Shown: positions 48,678-58,354 of the stretch, piece after piece
Position numbering within the stretch: position 1 is the first letter of the stretch
Layout of the letters: each line of letters starts with the position of its first letter
Assembly: GCA_965263035.1 (NCBI GenBank)
Contig: OZ253580.1
Location: 3,552,001 to 3,616,000 of the forward strand
Source of the DNA: Acidobacteriota bacterium
Lineage (GTDB): Bacteria; Acidobacteriota; UBA6911; RPQK01; JAJDTT01
Reading direction: 5' to 3'
DNA length: 64,000 bases
The notes under the pieces: generated by a model
Told to the model about the DNA's origin: nothing
Databases searched by the model: none
What the model saw: the letters and a program-made list of their open reading frames with translations, nothing else
Position numbers and translations under genes: made by a program

Positions 48678-50987
48678 TCATTCTCTCTTTTCCGGCCAGT
48701 CGAGATGCTTGTGCAGGAAGGAGAAGGTGCCCTTGCCGTTGATGGTATGGGGTCCCACGAACCACTCGATCTCGACCCGGTCGGCCAGACCCAGACGGGC
48801 GGCGTACAGGCGGCGCACCTTGGCGAACTCATAGCCCACCATCTCATCGGGAGCCACGCCGTCGAAGTGCCCCCGCTCCACCATGAAAGGCCGGGGAGCG
48901 ATCAGGGCCGCCATCTCGGCGTAGTTGAAGGTGCTGCCCAGATCGAACTCGAAGATTTCATACTCACCGTGGAAGACATAGCTGTATCTGGCTCGGGAAG
49001 AGGCGTTCTTCCAGACCCACTCGTTGAAGTCGGCCGAGCAGATGGACAGGGCATAGTCCGTCAACAGGGCGGGAACCCGCATGGCCGTCTTTCCCCCGTA
49101 GCTGAGGCCGTAAAAGCCGATCCGGCCGGGGTCCACCCAGGGGAGGGTCTTGAGCCAATCCAGGATCTGCTGGTGTTGGGCCGCGATGATGGAGAAGAGG
49201 GACTTCTTGAGGGGGTTGGCCTTCCGTTGCAGGGTGCGGAAGCGGTCCCGGAAGATGTAGAGATTCTGGGGGGCGAAGGTGATGAAGCCCCGTTCGGCCA
49301 GTTTGGCCGTGAAGTCGTGATAGGCCCTGTGATCGCCGCGGATGGTTTCCTGAGGCCGGCCTTCGAGGCCGTGTTGGCAGACCACCACGGGCCGCCGCTC
49401 GCCGGGGACCAGGTCCTTGGGCAGCAACAGGATCCCGTAGGCGATGACGTCGGGGTAGACCTCCATGACCACCTCGTGCCCGGTCCATTCGGGCGCGTCG
49501 TAGATCTGGCGGCTGCGAGGATTGGGAGGCAGACGTTCGTCGTGGAACCAGCCGATGACCTCCTCCCGGAAGATCCGGCGGTAGTCCTGGGTGCTCTTCC
49601 GATAGGCTTCCAGTGACGTGGTGTCCAGCTTTTCCATGAAGGTCTGACGGACGTACGGACTCTCGGAGAGCAGCCACTGGTTGTGGCGGTCCATTTCGCC
49701 GACCTGGCGCTCCATGCGGACCCCAGGATCGAAGGAGTCCAGAAGGAAACCGGGCGAAGGACCGGAGGGAGCCAGTTCGAGATCGTCGGAGAGGGACCGG
49801 ACCAGAGACCCCAGGGCAGGGTCGCTGCCCGGGGGTCCGGTGCCCTGAGAACCACTGGAGACCAGTTGGATCCGGGCTGCGGGTTTCAAGCCGGCCACGA
49901 GTTCCCGGGCCCTCTCGACCTCCTGGCGGACCGTTTCGAGCGGCGGCGTGACGAGAGTCGCCGGAGCCCCACCTTCTCCGGGGAGCTCCAACTCGGGGCC
50001 CCGGGCCGCTTCGACGACCAAGACTCGGGGCGAGATCATCGACGCCAGTTCCGCGTCGCCGAACTGCTCCAGCAGCCCGAATACATTGCGGTCGATGGGT
50101 TGTTTCCAAAGGTTCCGCCGGTCGCTGAAATACCCGCTGACCAGGGCGGCGTCGATTCGAGTGTCCAGAGCGGCCGCATAGAGAGCCAGCCCTGCTCCCT
50201 CGCCGTGTCCGGCGATTCCGATGCGCGGGTCTCCGCTTGCGGCGTCCTGCGCAAGCCAATCCACCAAGGCCAGAATCTTCTGGATCTCGTAGCCCAGCAA
50301 GTGACGGCCCAGTTCGAAGGCGGACCGGTAGATGAACTCCCGATGCGTCAAGATGGCCCGTCCAATCCGCTTTTTCAATTTCCGGCTGATGAGGGCCGGG
50401 ACCACCACCCGGCAGCCGCTCTCGGCCAAGCGGCGCGCGAACTGCGATGCGGGGGGGACTCCCGGGACCAGGCCGGCGATCTGCTCCGGGCTCTGGTCCG
50501 CGTCCGGGACGGCGATGACGTCGGCGGTCGGCCGGCCCTGCCGGGGAACCAGGAGCAGCCCTTCTCCATGCATCTGACCGATGGAAGGCCAGCGGATGGA
50601 CAGCACGTCATAGGAGTCGGTCCCGCCGATGCGCGCCTGTTGCCGGATGGTTGCCATCAGCTCCGGACTCGAAAAGGGGACTCGAGGATCCCGGACTCCC
50701 AGGATATGGGCCAGCCTCTTGCGGTTCGGTTCCAGGGAACGGCTGTAGTTCCCGGGGGATGAGAAGTCGCGGTTCCAGTGCCGAGCCCGGTCCCGGCGGG
50801 ATTCCTCCAGCTTGGCCAGGAGGAAACGGTCGGCGCCGGCTACCAGGTGGGATGCGATGTCTCCGGTCATCTCCAAGGGGAGAGTCCGGCGCGAAAGCTC
50901 TGCGGAAGCCTGCCCCAGGGCCGTCTGGCCGTCTGTCCAAGGCGCCAGCAGAACTCCTGTCAGAATCAGGAGGGAGGAAAATCTCAC
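48678..50987 (-). CDS. secreted tandem alpha/beta-hydrolase (dienelactone hydrolase-like)
   Basis: Two hydrolase-like domains: GHGEGA (degenerate) and GLSYGG nucleophile elbow. Signal peptide after GTG 50987. Confidence 0.78.
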   Translation of the reverse strand: MRFSSLLILTGVLLAPWTDGQTALGQASAELSRRTLPLEMTGDIASHLVAGADRFLLAKLEESRRDRARHWNRDFSSPGNYSRSLEPNRKRLAHILGVRDPRVPFSSPELMATIRQQARIGGTDSYDVLSIRWPSIGQMHGEGLLLVPRQGRPTADVIAVPDADQSPEQIAGLVPGVPPASQFARRLAESGCRVVVPALISRKLKKRIGRAILTHREFIYRSAFELGRHLLGYEIQKILALVDWLAQDAASGDPRIGIAGHGEGAGLALYAAALDTRIDAALVSGYFSDRRNLWKQPIDRNVFGLLEQFGDAELASMISPRVLVVEAARGPELELPGEGGAPATLVTPPLETVRQEVERARELVAGLKPAARIQLVSSGSQGTGPPGSDPALGSLVRSLSDDLELAPSGPSPGFLLDSFDPGVRMERQVGEMDRHNQWLLSESPYVRQTFMEKLDTTSLEAYRKSTQDYRRIFREEVIGWFHDERLPPNPRSRQIYDAPEWTGHEVVMEVYPDVIAYGILLLPKDLVPGERRPVVVCQHGLEGRPQETIRGDHRAYHDFTAKLAERGFITFAPQNLYIFRDRFRTLQRKANPLKKSLFSIIAAQHQQILDWLKTLPWVDPGRIGFYGLSYGGKTAMRVPALLTDYALSICSADFNEWVWKNASSRARYSYVFHGEYEIFEFDLGSTFNYAEMAALIAPRPFMVERGHFDGVAPDEMVGYEFAKVRRLYAARLGLADRVEIEWFVGPHTINGKGTFSFLHKHLDWPEKRE

Positions 50988-51040
50988 TTTCTGGACCCTA
51001 CTGAAGTGCCCGACGCTTTGCAATTCCTGGCGACTGCCGG

Positions 51041-51397
51041 TCACGGCCAGATGGGATAGCCTCGGAGTTGGGTCGAGACCCAGGCCGCGGCGGCGCCGAG
51101 CGACAGGTAACCGGCCACTCCGGCCAGCAGTCCAGCCCAGAGGCTGAAGCGTAGCCGGAGCCCCCACCAGGCGCCGGCGACAGCTCCGCCGGTCATCACT
51201 GCAAAGGGGACGTAGAAACCCAACTTCCCCTGGCTGCACCAGGGGCACCAGGGTCCCTGGAGATTGTGCACGTTGCAGTAGGCCATTCCATCGAAGAGGG
51301 TGCACCCGCACCCGAAGAGAAGACCGCAATAGGCGGTGACGGTGGCCGCCTCCAGGACCAGGAGGATCCCGGAGCAGATCAATAGCCGTGCCTGCAT
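51041..51397 (-). CDS. small Cys/His-rich membrane protein
   Basis: C-terminal 118 aa of ORF 51041..51853: three hydrophobic segments and the motif CGLLFGCGC-x8-CNVH-x6-CPWC. Confidence 0.65.
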   Translation of the reverse strand: MQARLLICSGILLVLEAATVTAYCGLLFGCGCTLFDGMAYCNVHNLQGPWCPWCSQGKLGFYVPFAVMTGGAVAGAWWGLRLRFSLWAGLLAGVAGYLSLGAAAAWVSTQLRGYPIWP

Positions 51398-51595
51398 TTC
51401 CGCAACCCAGTCTACACTGCCGCTCCCATCCCGGCTGCGGTCGAACACCGCAACGAGCCTCGCCAGGGGGATCGGCGATAATGTTTCGGCTGGCCGGAGC
51501 GCAGCGCCGCCGGGGGCTATAGTCGTTTGAACTGCCTCCAGCCCAGCGCATAGTATGGAAGCGTTTTTGACTTGCGGAACGAGAGGATCAGGTCC

Positions 51596-52795
51596 ATGAG
51601 TACCACCGGGAAGACGTTGGCTCGCGGTGATCGGGTTGGAGGCTACGGTCTGGAGGAAATCGAGGCGCGTCTGGAGTCCGGCAACGGGATCTCCGGCGTG
51701 AGCAAGACCGATCTTCCAACTCCTGCCCTGCTGCTGGATCTGGATCTCTTCGAGGCCAACATCGAGACCATGGCCCGCCACGCCGGAAGCCGTTCCATCG
51801 GGATGCGGCCCCACTCCAAGACCCACAAATGCCCCGAGGTTGCCCGGCGCCAAATGGCTGCAGGCGCCCTCGGGATTTCCACGGCCACGGTTTCCGAGGC
51901 CGAGACCATGGCTCGAGCCGGCATCTCCGGCCTATTGATCACTTCCGAGATGGCGGACCCCAACAAATTCCAGCGGCTGGTTCGTCTCACCCGGGGCCAT
52001 CCCGACACCATGGCGGTGGTGGACCATCCGTGGCAGGCGGAGCAGATGAACGAAGCGGCCGAGGCCGGGGGCGTGCGGCTCAACATCATGGTGGACATCG
52101 ATCCGGCCAACCGCCGCACCGGGGTCGAGGCGGGAGAGCCGGCGCTCCGTCTGGCCCGGGACGTGGATCGGCTCCCGCACCTGAACCTGAGGGGGGTCCA
52201 CTGCTACTGCGGAAAGTCCTCCCACGTCCATGGTTTCGAAGAACGTCGCAGGCACTCCGTGGAATCCCTGGCGGCTCCTCTGGAGACCTTCTCCAGGATG
52301 AAGCAGGAAGGGCTTCCGGTGGAGATCTTCTCGGGTTGCAGCACCGGGACCTACAATATCGATTCCGAGATTGTGGGCATCACCGAGATGCAGGCAGGTT
52401 CCTACGTCTTCATGGACTTGGATTACATGTTCATCGGGGGCCGAGGGGGGGATGTCTACGACGACTTCAAGTCTGCCCTGACGGTTCTCTCCACGGTCAC
52501 CAGCAGGAACCTCTCCAGCCAGGCTACGCTGGATGCCGGGCTCAAGGCATTTTCCACTGACCGGGCATTCGGGCCGCGGCCGGTGGGAATCGAGGGCGCG
52601 GGCTTTCGATGGGGCGGGGACGAACACGGCATCCTGACCCTGGAAGCGACCGGTGCCGATGTTCGTCTGGGCGACAAGCTGGAATTCTATCCCCCCCACT
52701 GCGACCCTACGGTCAACCTCTACGATCGCATCTACTGCACCCGGGGTGATCAGGTGGTGGAAGTCTGGCCGATCCTTGCCCGCGGCCATCGCTAG
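51596..52795 (+). CDS. DSD1 / D-threonine aldolase family PLP enzyme
   Basis: LPTPALLLD, RPHSKTHK (PLP lysine), QAGSYVFMD, DAGLKAF, DEHG, PPHCDPTVNLYD. Confidence 0.9.
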   Translation: MSTTGKTLARGDRVGGYGLEEIEARLESGNGISGVSKTDLPTPALLLDLDLFEANIETMARHAGSRSIGMRPHSKTHKCPEVARRQMAAGALGISTATVSEAETMARAGISGLLITSEMADPNKFQRLVRLTRGHPDTMAVVDHPWQAEQMNEAAEAGGVRLNIMVDIDPANRRTGVEAGEPALRLARDVDRLPHLNLRGVHCYCGKSSHVHGFEERRRHSVESLAAPLETFSRMKQEGLPVEIFSGCSTGTYNIDSEIVGITEMQAGSYVFMDLDYMFIGGRGGDVYDDFKSALTVLSTVTSRNLSSQATLDAGLKAFSTDRAFGPRPVGIEGAGFRWGGDEHGILTLEATGADVRLGDKLEFYPPHCDPTVNLYDRIYCTRGDQVVEVWPILARGHR

Positions 52796-52851
52796 CAGTC
52801 CGCCGGGATGCAGACCCGGTCGAATGCCGTGACGACTTTTGCGACGGGCTG
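52796..52851. repeat. 56-bp CTAG-bounded mini element
   Basis: CTAG at 52792-52795 and 52852-52855; imperfect TIR CAGTCCGCCG / CGACGGGCTG. Confidence 0.5.
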
Positions 52852-52926
52852 CTAGGAGTCTGCAACCAAGGCCCCGCGCAGCCGCGAGCGCGGGATGCAT
52901 CCCGGGTAGCGCGGAGGGAGGCAAAA

Positions 52927-54552
52927 ATGCAGCTGTCCGAACTGATCGTCCGGGAAGCCAGGGAACGGGGCCTGAACCACTACTTCGGCATTCCCGGTGG
53001 CGGGTTACCCCTGGATATCATGGACTGGGGGCGGCGCCTGGGCCTCGATTTCGTCACCGTGGCCCATGAGTCCTCGGCGGCCATCATGGCCGCCTACTAC
53101 GGGCTCATGAGAGAGACGGCGGGACTGGCCCTTGCGGTCAGGGGCGTCGGCGCCGGCAATTTGGTCGGCGGCGCCGTCAACGCCTATTTCGAGCGCGTCC
53201 CCGTCGTCTGTTGCTGTGAGCGGAGTCCGTTGTCCACCGGCCATCTGGAGTTGGTCTGCCAGTGCTCCCATGAGGGGCTGTTCGCCCCGGTGGTCATGTC
53301 CAAGCAGACAGTTGACCTCGACACGGCTCGGGAGGGTCTTCGAACTGCCTTCTTCCAGGCGTGCGACGGGCGGCCGGGTCCGGTTCTGCTGGACGTGCCG
53401 GCCGATCTCGCAACCGATTCGGTCCCGGGTCCGGCTCTCGATCCTCTGGAGGCTCCTCCTGTCATCCTTCCCGACGAGTCCCAACTCAGGGTCCTGAAGG
53501 AGCTTCTGTCAGAATCCAGAAGACCGGTGATCCTGGCCGGACAGGACGTGATCCGAGCCGGCGCCTGTGGCGGCTTGCGTTCGTTGGTGGAGGCTGTGGG
53601 GGCCGCCGTTCTGGTCCAGATGGACGCCCATGGCGTCTTTCCCGAGTCCCATCCCCTCTGGGCCGGCACCTTCGTGGGACACCAGATCCCCAACACGGTG
53701 GAAGGCGAGTTGGCTCCCCAGGCGGACCTGGCGCTCCTGGTCGGCTGCGACTCCCTGACCTCGGACAAGAAATGGGACTCGGCGGCGCCCGCCTGCGAAC
53801 TGGTCCAAAGGGCGGAGTACGAATCGCTGGCCGCTCGCCCCCGACTCCGTATCGACGGAGACCTGAACGTCTCCCTGAGCCGACTTCTTCCGACATCCCC
53901 CCGAACGGGATTCCCGCCGGCCGATGTCGAGAAGACACGGGAGAGGGTACTGAGGCACTTCCGCCGACCCGGCTCCGCCCGGCTGGCGGCCCAGGACATC
54001 ATCGAGATCACACGGACCCAGATGCCGAGTGACGGCCTGCTCGTTTCCGAGACCGGGATCTTCATCCTGATGCTGCACCATCTCTATCCCGTGGATCGTC
54101 CGGAAAGCCACCTCTGCACTGCCGGGGGACGGACCATGGGCCTCATGCTGCCGGCCATTCTCGGCGCCAAGCTGGCCCAGCCCGACCGGACAATGATCGG
54201 CATCGGAGCCGACGGCAGCACCCTGATGCGCCTGGGAGAACTGGAGGTATTCGCCCGCACCGGAGTCCGCGTCCCTCTCGTGATTCTGAATGACCACGCC
54301 CTGGGCACCATGAAGTCGAGGCAACAGTCCCGGGGAATAGAGGACTATGGCCTGGATCTGCACCCCGTCGATCTGGCAGCCGTGGCCCGGGCTTCGGGAC
54401 TGGCCGGCGTCGTGGTCCGGTCGCCTGAGGAATACGAGAGAGAGCTCAAGAAGGCGCTGGTTGCCGAAACCACCACTCTGATCGACGCCCGGGTCGACCC
54501 GCAGCACTACCAAGACAGCTTCGCCGCCACTATCGGAATCGTGGGGACCTGA
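52927..54552 (+). CDS. thiamine-pyrophosphate-dependent enzyme (acetolactate synthase / decarboxylase superfamily)
   Basis: FGIPGG, HESSAAIMA, GRPGPVLLDVP, ADG...LNDH TPP motif. Confidence 0.88.
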   Translation: MQLSELIVREARERGLNHYFGIPGGGLPLDIMDWGRRLGLDFVTVAHESSAAIMAAYYGLMRETAGLALAVRGVGAGNLVGGAVNAYFERVPVVCCCERSPLSTGHLELVCQCSHEGLFAPVVMSKQTVDLDTAREGLRTAFFQACDGRPGPVLLDVPADLATDSVPGPALDPLEAPPVILPDESQLRVLKELLSESRRPVILAGQDVIRAGACGGLRSLVEAVGAAVLVQMDAHGVFPESHPLWAGTFVGHQIPNTVEGELAPQADLALLVGCDSLTSDKKWDSAAPACELVQRAEYESLAARPRLRIDGDLNVSLSRLLPTSPRTGFPPADVEKTRERVLRHFRRPGSARLAAQDIIEITRTQMPSDGLLVSETGIFILMLHHLYPVDRPESHLCTAGGRTMGLMLPAILGAKLAQPDRTMIGIGADGSTLMRLGELEVFARTGVRVPLVILNDHALGTMKSRQQSRGIEDYGLDLHPVDLAAVARASGLAGVVVRSPEEYERELKKALVAETTTLIDARVDPQHYQDSFAATIGIVGT

Positions 54553-54583
54553 ATCCGGGTGTGCATTCCCAGGTCTGACCGCC

Positions 54584-55849
54584 CTACGGAAAGGGCAGCC
54601 AGCGGGGATGGTCGGCTCCTTGCCCGTTCCAGCCGTCAGTGAGGTGTCTCGGGTCGGATCCGTCCGACTCCATGCGCCAGATGCCGGGCATCCGAGCCGT
54701 CTTGGCACGGCAGAAAAGGATGATGCGCCCATCGGGGGATTCTTGTGGACGGAAGTCCCAGACGGCTGGATGGTTCTCGGTCAGCCGCCTCATCTCGCCG
54801 TTCGCGGGGTCGATCCGGCAGACCTCCGTGCCCCCCCGTGCCAGTTCAGGCTTGTAGTCGCGGTTGAAATGGTCCGTGTCCGGACGCTGCGGCTGATATT
54901 CCCACGGGGCCTTGCTGCCAGGGAGCTTTCGCGAAAAGAGGATGGACCCGTCTCGAGTCCAGGAAAGCATGTTGGAACCGCCGCCGCGATTGCCCGGACT
55001 GCCATAACTGGCGGCAAACCAGTGGGACTGTCCTTCGGTCAGGACCCGTTGCCCGGATCCATCGGGGCGGCTGACGCAGACATCGGCCCAGTCGTGCCCC
55101 GGATCTTCCCGGAAATGACAGTCCAGGTAGGCGAGCCAATCCCCGCCGGGAGACCAAACGGGTCCGAAGTAGAGATGGTCGGGATGGGCTGCAATGAGCG
55201 TACGACGACCTCCTTCGAAGTCGCTGGTCCAGATCTGATAGCCCGAAGGGCTGGCCAGATGGAAGGCGACTCGTCGCATTGCCCGGTTGAGGCTGAAGCC
55301 GTAGGGGAGGCCCTCTCCCGCAGCCGTGAACTCGTGGGCATCGGTGCCATCCAGGTTCATGTTGAAGACCTGGCCGACCTGGTTGCGGATGACTTGGACC
55401 AACATGCGTTCGTTGTCCAGCAGTAGTTGGGGAGTGTAGAAGACCGCCATCCGCTCCTTGGTGGCCACCTCGGTCAGGCTCTTCTCCTGGAGGTCATAGA
55501 TCCAGATATGGGTGGGGGTCCGGGTGTAGTACTCGGCGAACGGGCGACCCGGACCGTCACGGCGTGCTTCCATGCTCAGCAGCAGGATCCTCCGGCCGTC
55601 GGGAAAGAACCCTGCCGGCTGCCAGGTCACTTGATTCGGCTCCCTGAAATCCAGTACTTGCAGATCGGCGCCGGCAGCGTCCATCATGGCCGTCCTGCCC
55701 GCCGTCGAGAAGAAGAAACGCATCGGGGAGGCGGAGGGACCGGACTTCGATGCCGGGCCGTGACGGGGAGCCAAGGCCAGCGTGGAACCAAAGAGAAGAG
55801 AAGTCAGGAGATCGCGGCGGGACAGGTTGAAGTCCATGGTCCACTTCAT
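54584..55849 (-). CDS. Tat-signal TolB-like beta-propeller protein
   Basis: LSRRDLL signal; PVWSPGG, SPDGR and DGS..R.LT PD40-like repeats. Confidence 0.75.
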   Translation of the reverse strand: MKWTMDFNLSRRDLLTSLLFGSTLALAPRHGPASKSGPSASPMRFFFSTAGRTAMMDAAGADLQVLDFREPNQVTWQPAGFFPDGRRILLLSMEARRDGPGRPFAEYYTRTPTHIWIYDLQEKSLTEVATKERMAVFYTPQLLLDNERMLVQVIRNQVGQVFNMNLDGTDAHEFTAAGEGLPYGFSLNRAMRRVAFHLASPSGYQIWTSDFEGGRRTLIAAHPDHLYFGPVWSPGGDWLAYLDCHFREDPGHDWADVCVSRPDGSGQRVLTEGQSHWFAASYGSPGNRGGGSNMLSWTRDGSILFSRKLPGSKAPWEYQPQRPDTDHFNRDYKPELARGGTEVCRIDPANGEMRRLTENHPAVWDFRPQESPDGRIILFCRAKTARMPGIWRMESDGSDPRHLTDGWNGQGADHPRWLPFP

Positions 55850-55978
55850 TTCCTTGATCTGGTGTTAAAGCGTCCTCATGCTGACGCCTCCACTCGAATC
55901 TGTAAATGGCGCTCCCAATGGTTTCCGCGTGCGAATGGGGAACGGCCGATCGGAAAGAGTCCTTCCTGGGGAACTGCG

Positions 55979-57052
55979 GTGAAGCAAAGAATAAATCCTT
56001 CGGCATCGGTCGTAATCCTATTGCTGGCCTCCGCTCTGATCGTGGGTTGCGCTTCATCTCCGCGTGACCAAGAGACAAGATTTCAATCGTCCGCGGATCT
56101 GGATTTTCACCGTCTCCAGGTGATGCCGCTGGCGCACTCGAAGTATCCGACATACCGGCGGTACCATGACGCTCTGGCCCCTCACGTCGTCGTCATCACC
56201 GCACAGGGCCTCGAGCGGATTGGCTGGGAGGATCGCCCCGAAAAGGCCTCTTGGATCCTCAGGCTACCGGAGCAGATCTATATCAACGGGAGGAAGCTCC
56301 ACTACCAGGTGGGGATGCGATGGGTGAAAGAAGGGGAGAAGTGGGCCTATTCCGACAGTCCCATAAGGGATCTGAACGGCCTCTGGAAGCAGGATCCGGA
56401 ACATGAGTTCTATCGGTACCAACTTGACGCGGCCGCGGCCCGGCAACCCGTGCTTGGCCGCCAGAGTGCCAGCATATTCGCGGACTCCACCGGCGCACAC
56501 TATGTGTTGTCGGTGACCAACGGCTCGACCGAACCCTGGAAGGACGTCCATGCCTGGATCTGCATGGACCACTACCACACTCCGGTCACCGGATATCGGC
56601 CCTACCTCAAGATCGGTTCTGCTTGGACCGAATACCAGAAGCTTCCGGAAGTCGGGCCCTCCACGTTCCTTCCCGTAGCGGGAAGGATGGATGAGTACCT
56701 CAGAGTTCGGCCCGGGTCGAAGACGCCTTCCTCCGTGAGCTTTCCGGGAGTGGTCTGCTGGAACATTACGGACAAGGGTCACCTCCTGACCGCGCATCTG
56801 TCGCGGGACGCCCTGGCCGTACTCGCGAATCAGAATGCCCCCTGCACCGATCTGCTCCTCTGGTTCGGCGACCTGCAACCGGGCCAGCGAGTCACCCGCA
56901 GCGGGCATGTCCTCGTCGCTCGTGCCAGCCTGGAAAGATTCGAACGGCAGGAGAGCAGCGTGATGCAGCTCTTGGACGGGATTGGAAAGGAAAACCCGCC
57001 TGGGCCACCGGCATCCTCATTGTCCTCGGCCGGGTCTTCACCGGGATCGTGA
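55979..57052 (+). CDS. hypothetical lipoprotein
   Basis: Lipobox LIVGC after GTG 55979; real part of ORF 55427..57052. Confidence 0.7.
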   Translation: MKQRINPSASVVILLLASALIVGCASSPRDQETRFQSSADLDFHRLQVMPLAHSKYPTYRRYHDALAPHVVVITAQGLERIGWEDRPEKASWILRLPEQIYINGRKLHYQVGMRWVKEGEKWAYSDSPIRDLNGLWKQDPEHEFYRYQLDAAAARQPVLGRQSASIFADSTGAHYVLSVTNGSTEPWKDVHAWICMDHYHTPVTGYRPYLKIGSAWTEYQKLPEVGPSTFLPVAGRMDEYLRVRPGSKTPSSVSFPGVVCWNITDKGHLLTAHLSRDALAVLANQNAPCTDLLLWFGDLQPGQRVTRSGHVLVARASLERFERQESSVMQLLDGIGKENPPGPPASSLSSAGSSPGS

Positions 57053-58209
57053 CCGTATCGCAGATTGATCGTCGGGGTTTCTTCAGGAGCATGGGGGCGG
57101 CAGCCGCCAAAGGGGTCCTTGCTTCAGGAAGCCTGGGGTTGACCTCTTCGCGTTGCCTGAGGCGCAGCGACCCCTCGAACCCTTCGGAATTCGGCCCCCA
57201 TACTGGAGACGGGAAAATGATGATGGGAATCGCCACCGCCGGGACGAGACGTTTCAGAGAGGCCAGAGACAGAGGCTGCGCGTTTCTTCTGAATCAGTTG
57301 CGGAAAGACGGCGGCTTCGGTCGCGCCGAGCAGGGTTTGGCGGAGTACTACAAGGTGCCTGCGGCACTGGCGGCGTGTGGTGAAACCTTCACGGCCAACC
57401 GTCTCTGCAGCTGGATCCGGAAGCATGGACTGCTGCCCGACGGAGACTACGGCCCCAGGCCCGAGTCGATTCGAGGGTACGGCTACACCTACTACAATTC
57501 GTGGGTGATCAAGGGGGCTCACCGTTTGGGGCATTTCGACCTCTCCCAACGCGGTATGGACTTCCTGATGGGCTTCCACGACAGTCGGACCGGGGGGTTC
57601 AACTCCAGCCCCGTCGAACGCGATCCGGGGATGCAACAGGATCTCTGGGTGGTCGCCGGCTGCGGGTGGTCCGCCCTCTACACCGGCAGGATCGAAATCG
57701 CCCGGGGGGTCGGCCGTTGGATGAAGACCCTCATGGAGGCGCAACCCAACTACCCCAGGCAGCTGTACGGGGTCTACAGCAGGGCGAAGGGATTGCACGT
57801 CGAACACGATCCCAAGGAGGCGTTCCGGTACGTCCTGAATCAGGACGCCGAGCGGGACGAGCCCTTCTACAACCCTGGAATTGCCGGAGGATTTCTGGCT
57901 CTGCTCTATCAAGCGACCGGCGAGAAGGAGTGGTTGGAGCTGGCGAAGGAGTACGTGCGCCTCGCCGAAGACGCCAGCGACTTTCTGTACAGTCTGGTCC
58001 GATCCGGAAAGTTGGGATGGGCCGCCTCCCTTCTGTACACGCTCACTGCCGAAAAGAAGTACCGGGAAATGGCCGTTCGTGTCGGCGACAGCCTGATTGC
58101 GTCTCAATCGGCTGAGGGTTGGTGGGGCAACGTCGGTGAGACCTCGGCCAACAACGACATCACCGCCGAAATGGTCTTCTGGCTGGACCAGATCTACCAG
58201 GCCGTCTGA
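57049..58209 (+). CDS. Tat-signal protein with prenyltransferase/squalene-cyclase-like helical repeats
   Basis: IDRRGFF signal; QW-like repeats FLLNQLRKDGGF, FLMGFHDSRTGGF, LIASQSAEGWW. GTGA overlap with the upstream gene. Confidence 0.7.
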   Translation: MTVSQIDRRGFFRSMGAAAAKGVLASGSLGLTSSRCLRRSDPSNPSEFGPHTGDGKMMMGIATAGTRRFREARDRGCAFLLNQLRKDGGFGRAEQGLAEYYKVPAALAACGETFTANRLCSWIRKHGLLPDGDYGPRPESIRGYGYTYYNSWVIKGAHRLGHFDLSQRGMDFLMGFHDSRTGGFNSSPVERDPGMQQDLWVVAGCGWSALYTGRIEIARGVGRWMKTLMEAQPNYPRQLYGVYSRAKGLHVEHDPKEAFRYVLNQDAERDEPFYNPGIAGGFLALLYQATGEKEWLELAKEYVRLAEDASDFLYSLVRSGKLGWAASLLYTLTAEKKYREMAVRVGDSLIASQSAEGWWGNVGETSANNDITAEMVFWLDQIYQAV

Positions 58210-58264
58210 GGAAAGAGGATAGAGAGAAGCTCTCCCGCCGCGTGGAGGTTCTCTTTCCTCTTTT
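58208..58264 (+). terminator. possible terminator hairpin
   Basis: GAGGAAAGAG (58208-58217) / CTCTTTCCTC (58251-58260) followed by TTTT. Confidence 0.4.
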
Positions 58265-58300
58265 CTGACCGGCGGTGGAGTTCACCACTCGTCATTCCTG

Positions 58301-58346
58301 TCCGGCGGGCATTCGATATTATCTCCGGCGAGCATTCGATATTATC
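58301..58346. repeat. 23-bp tandem duplication
   Basis: TCCGGCGGGCATTCGATATTATC then TCCGGCGAGCATTCGATATTATC (1 mismatch). Confidence 0.85.
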
Positions 58347-58354
58347 TGTAGCCT

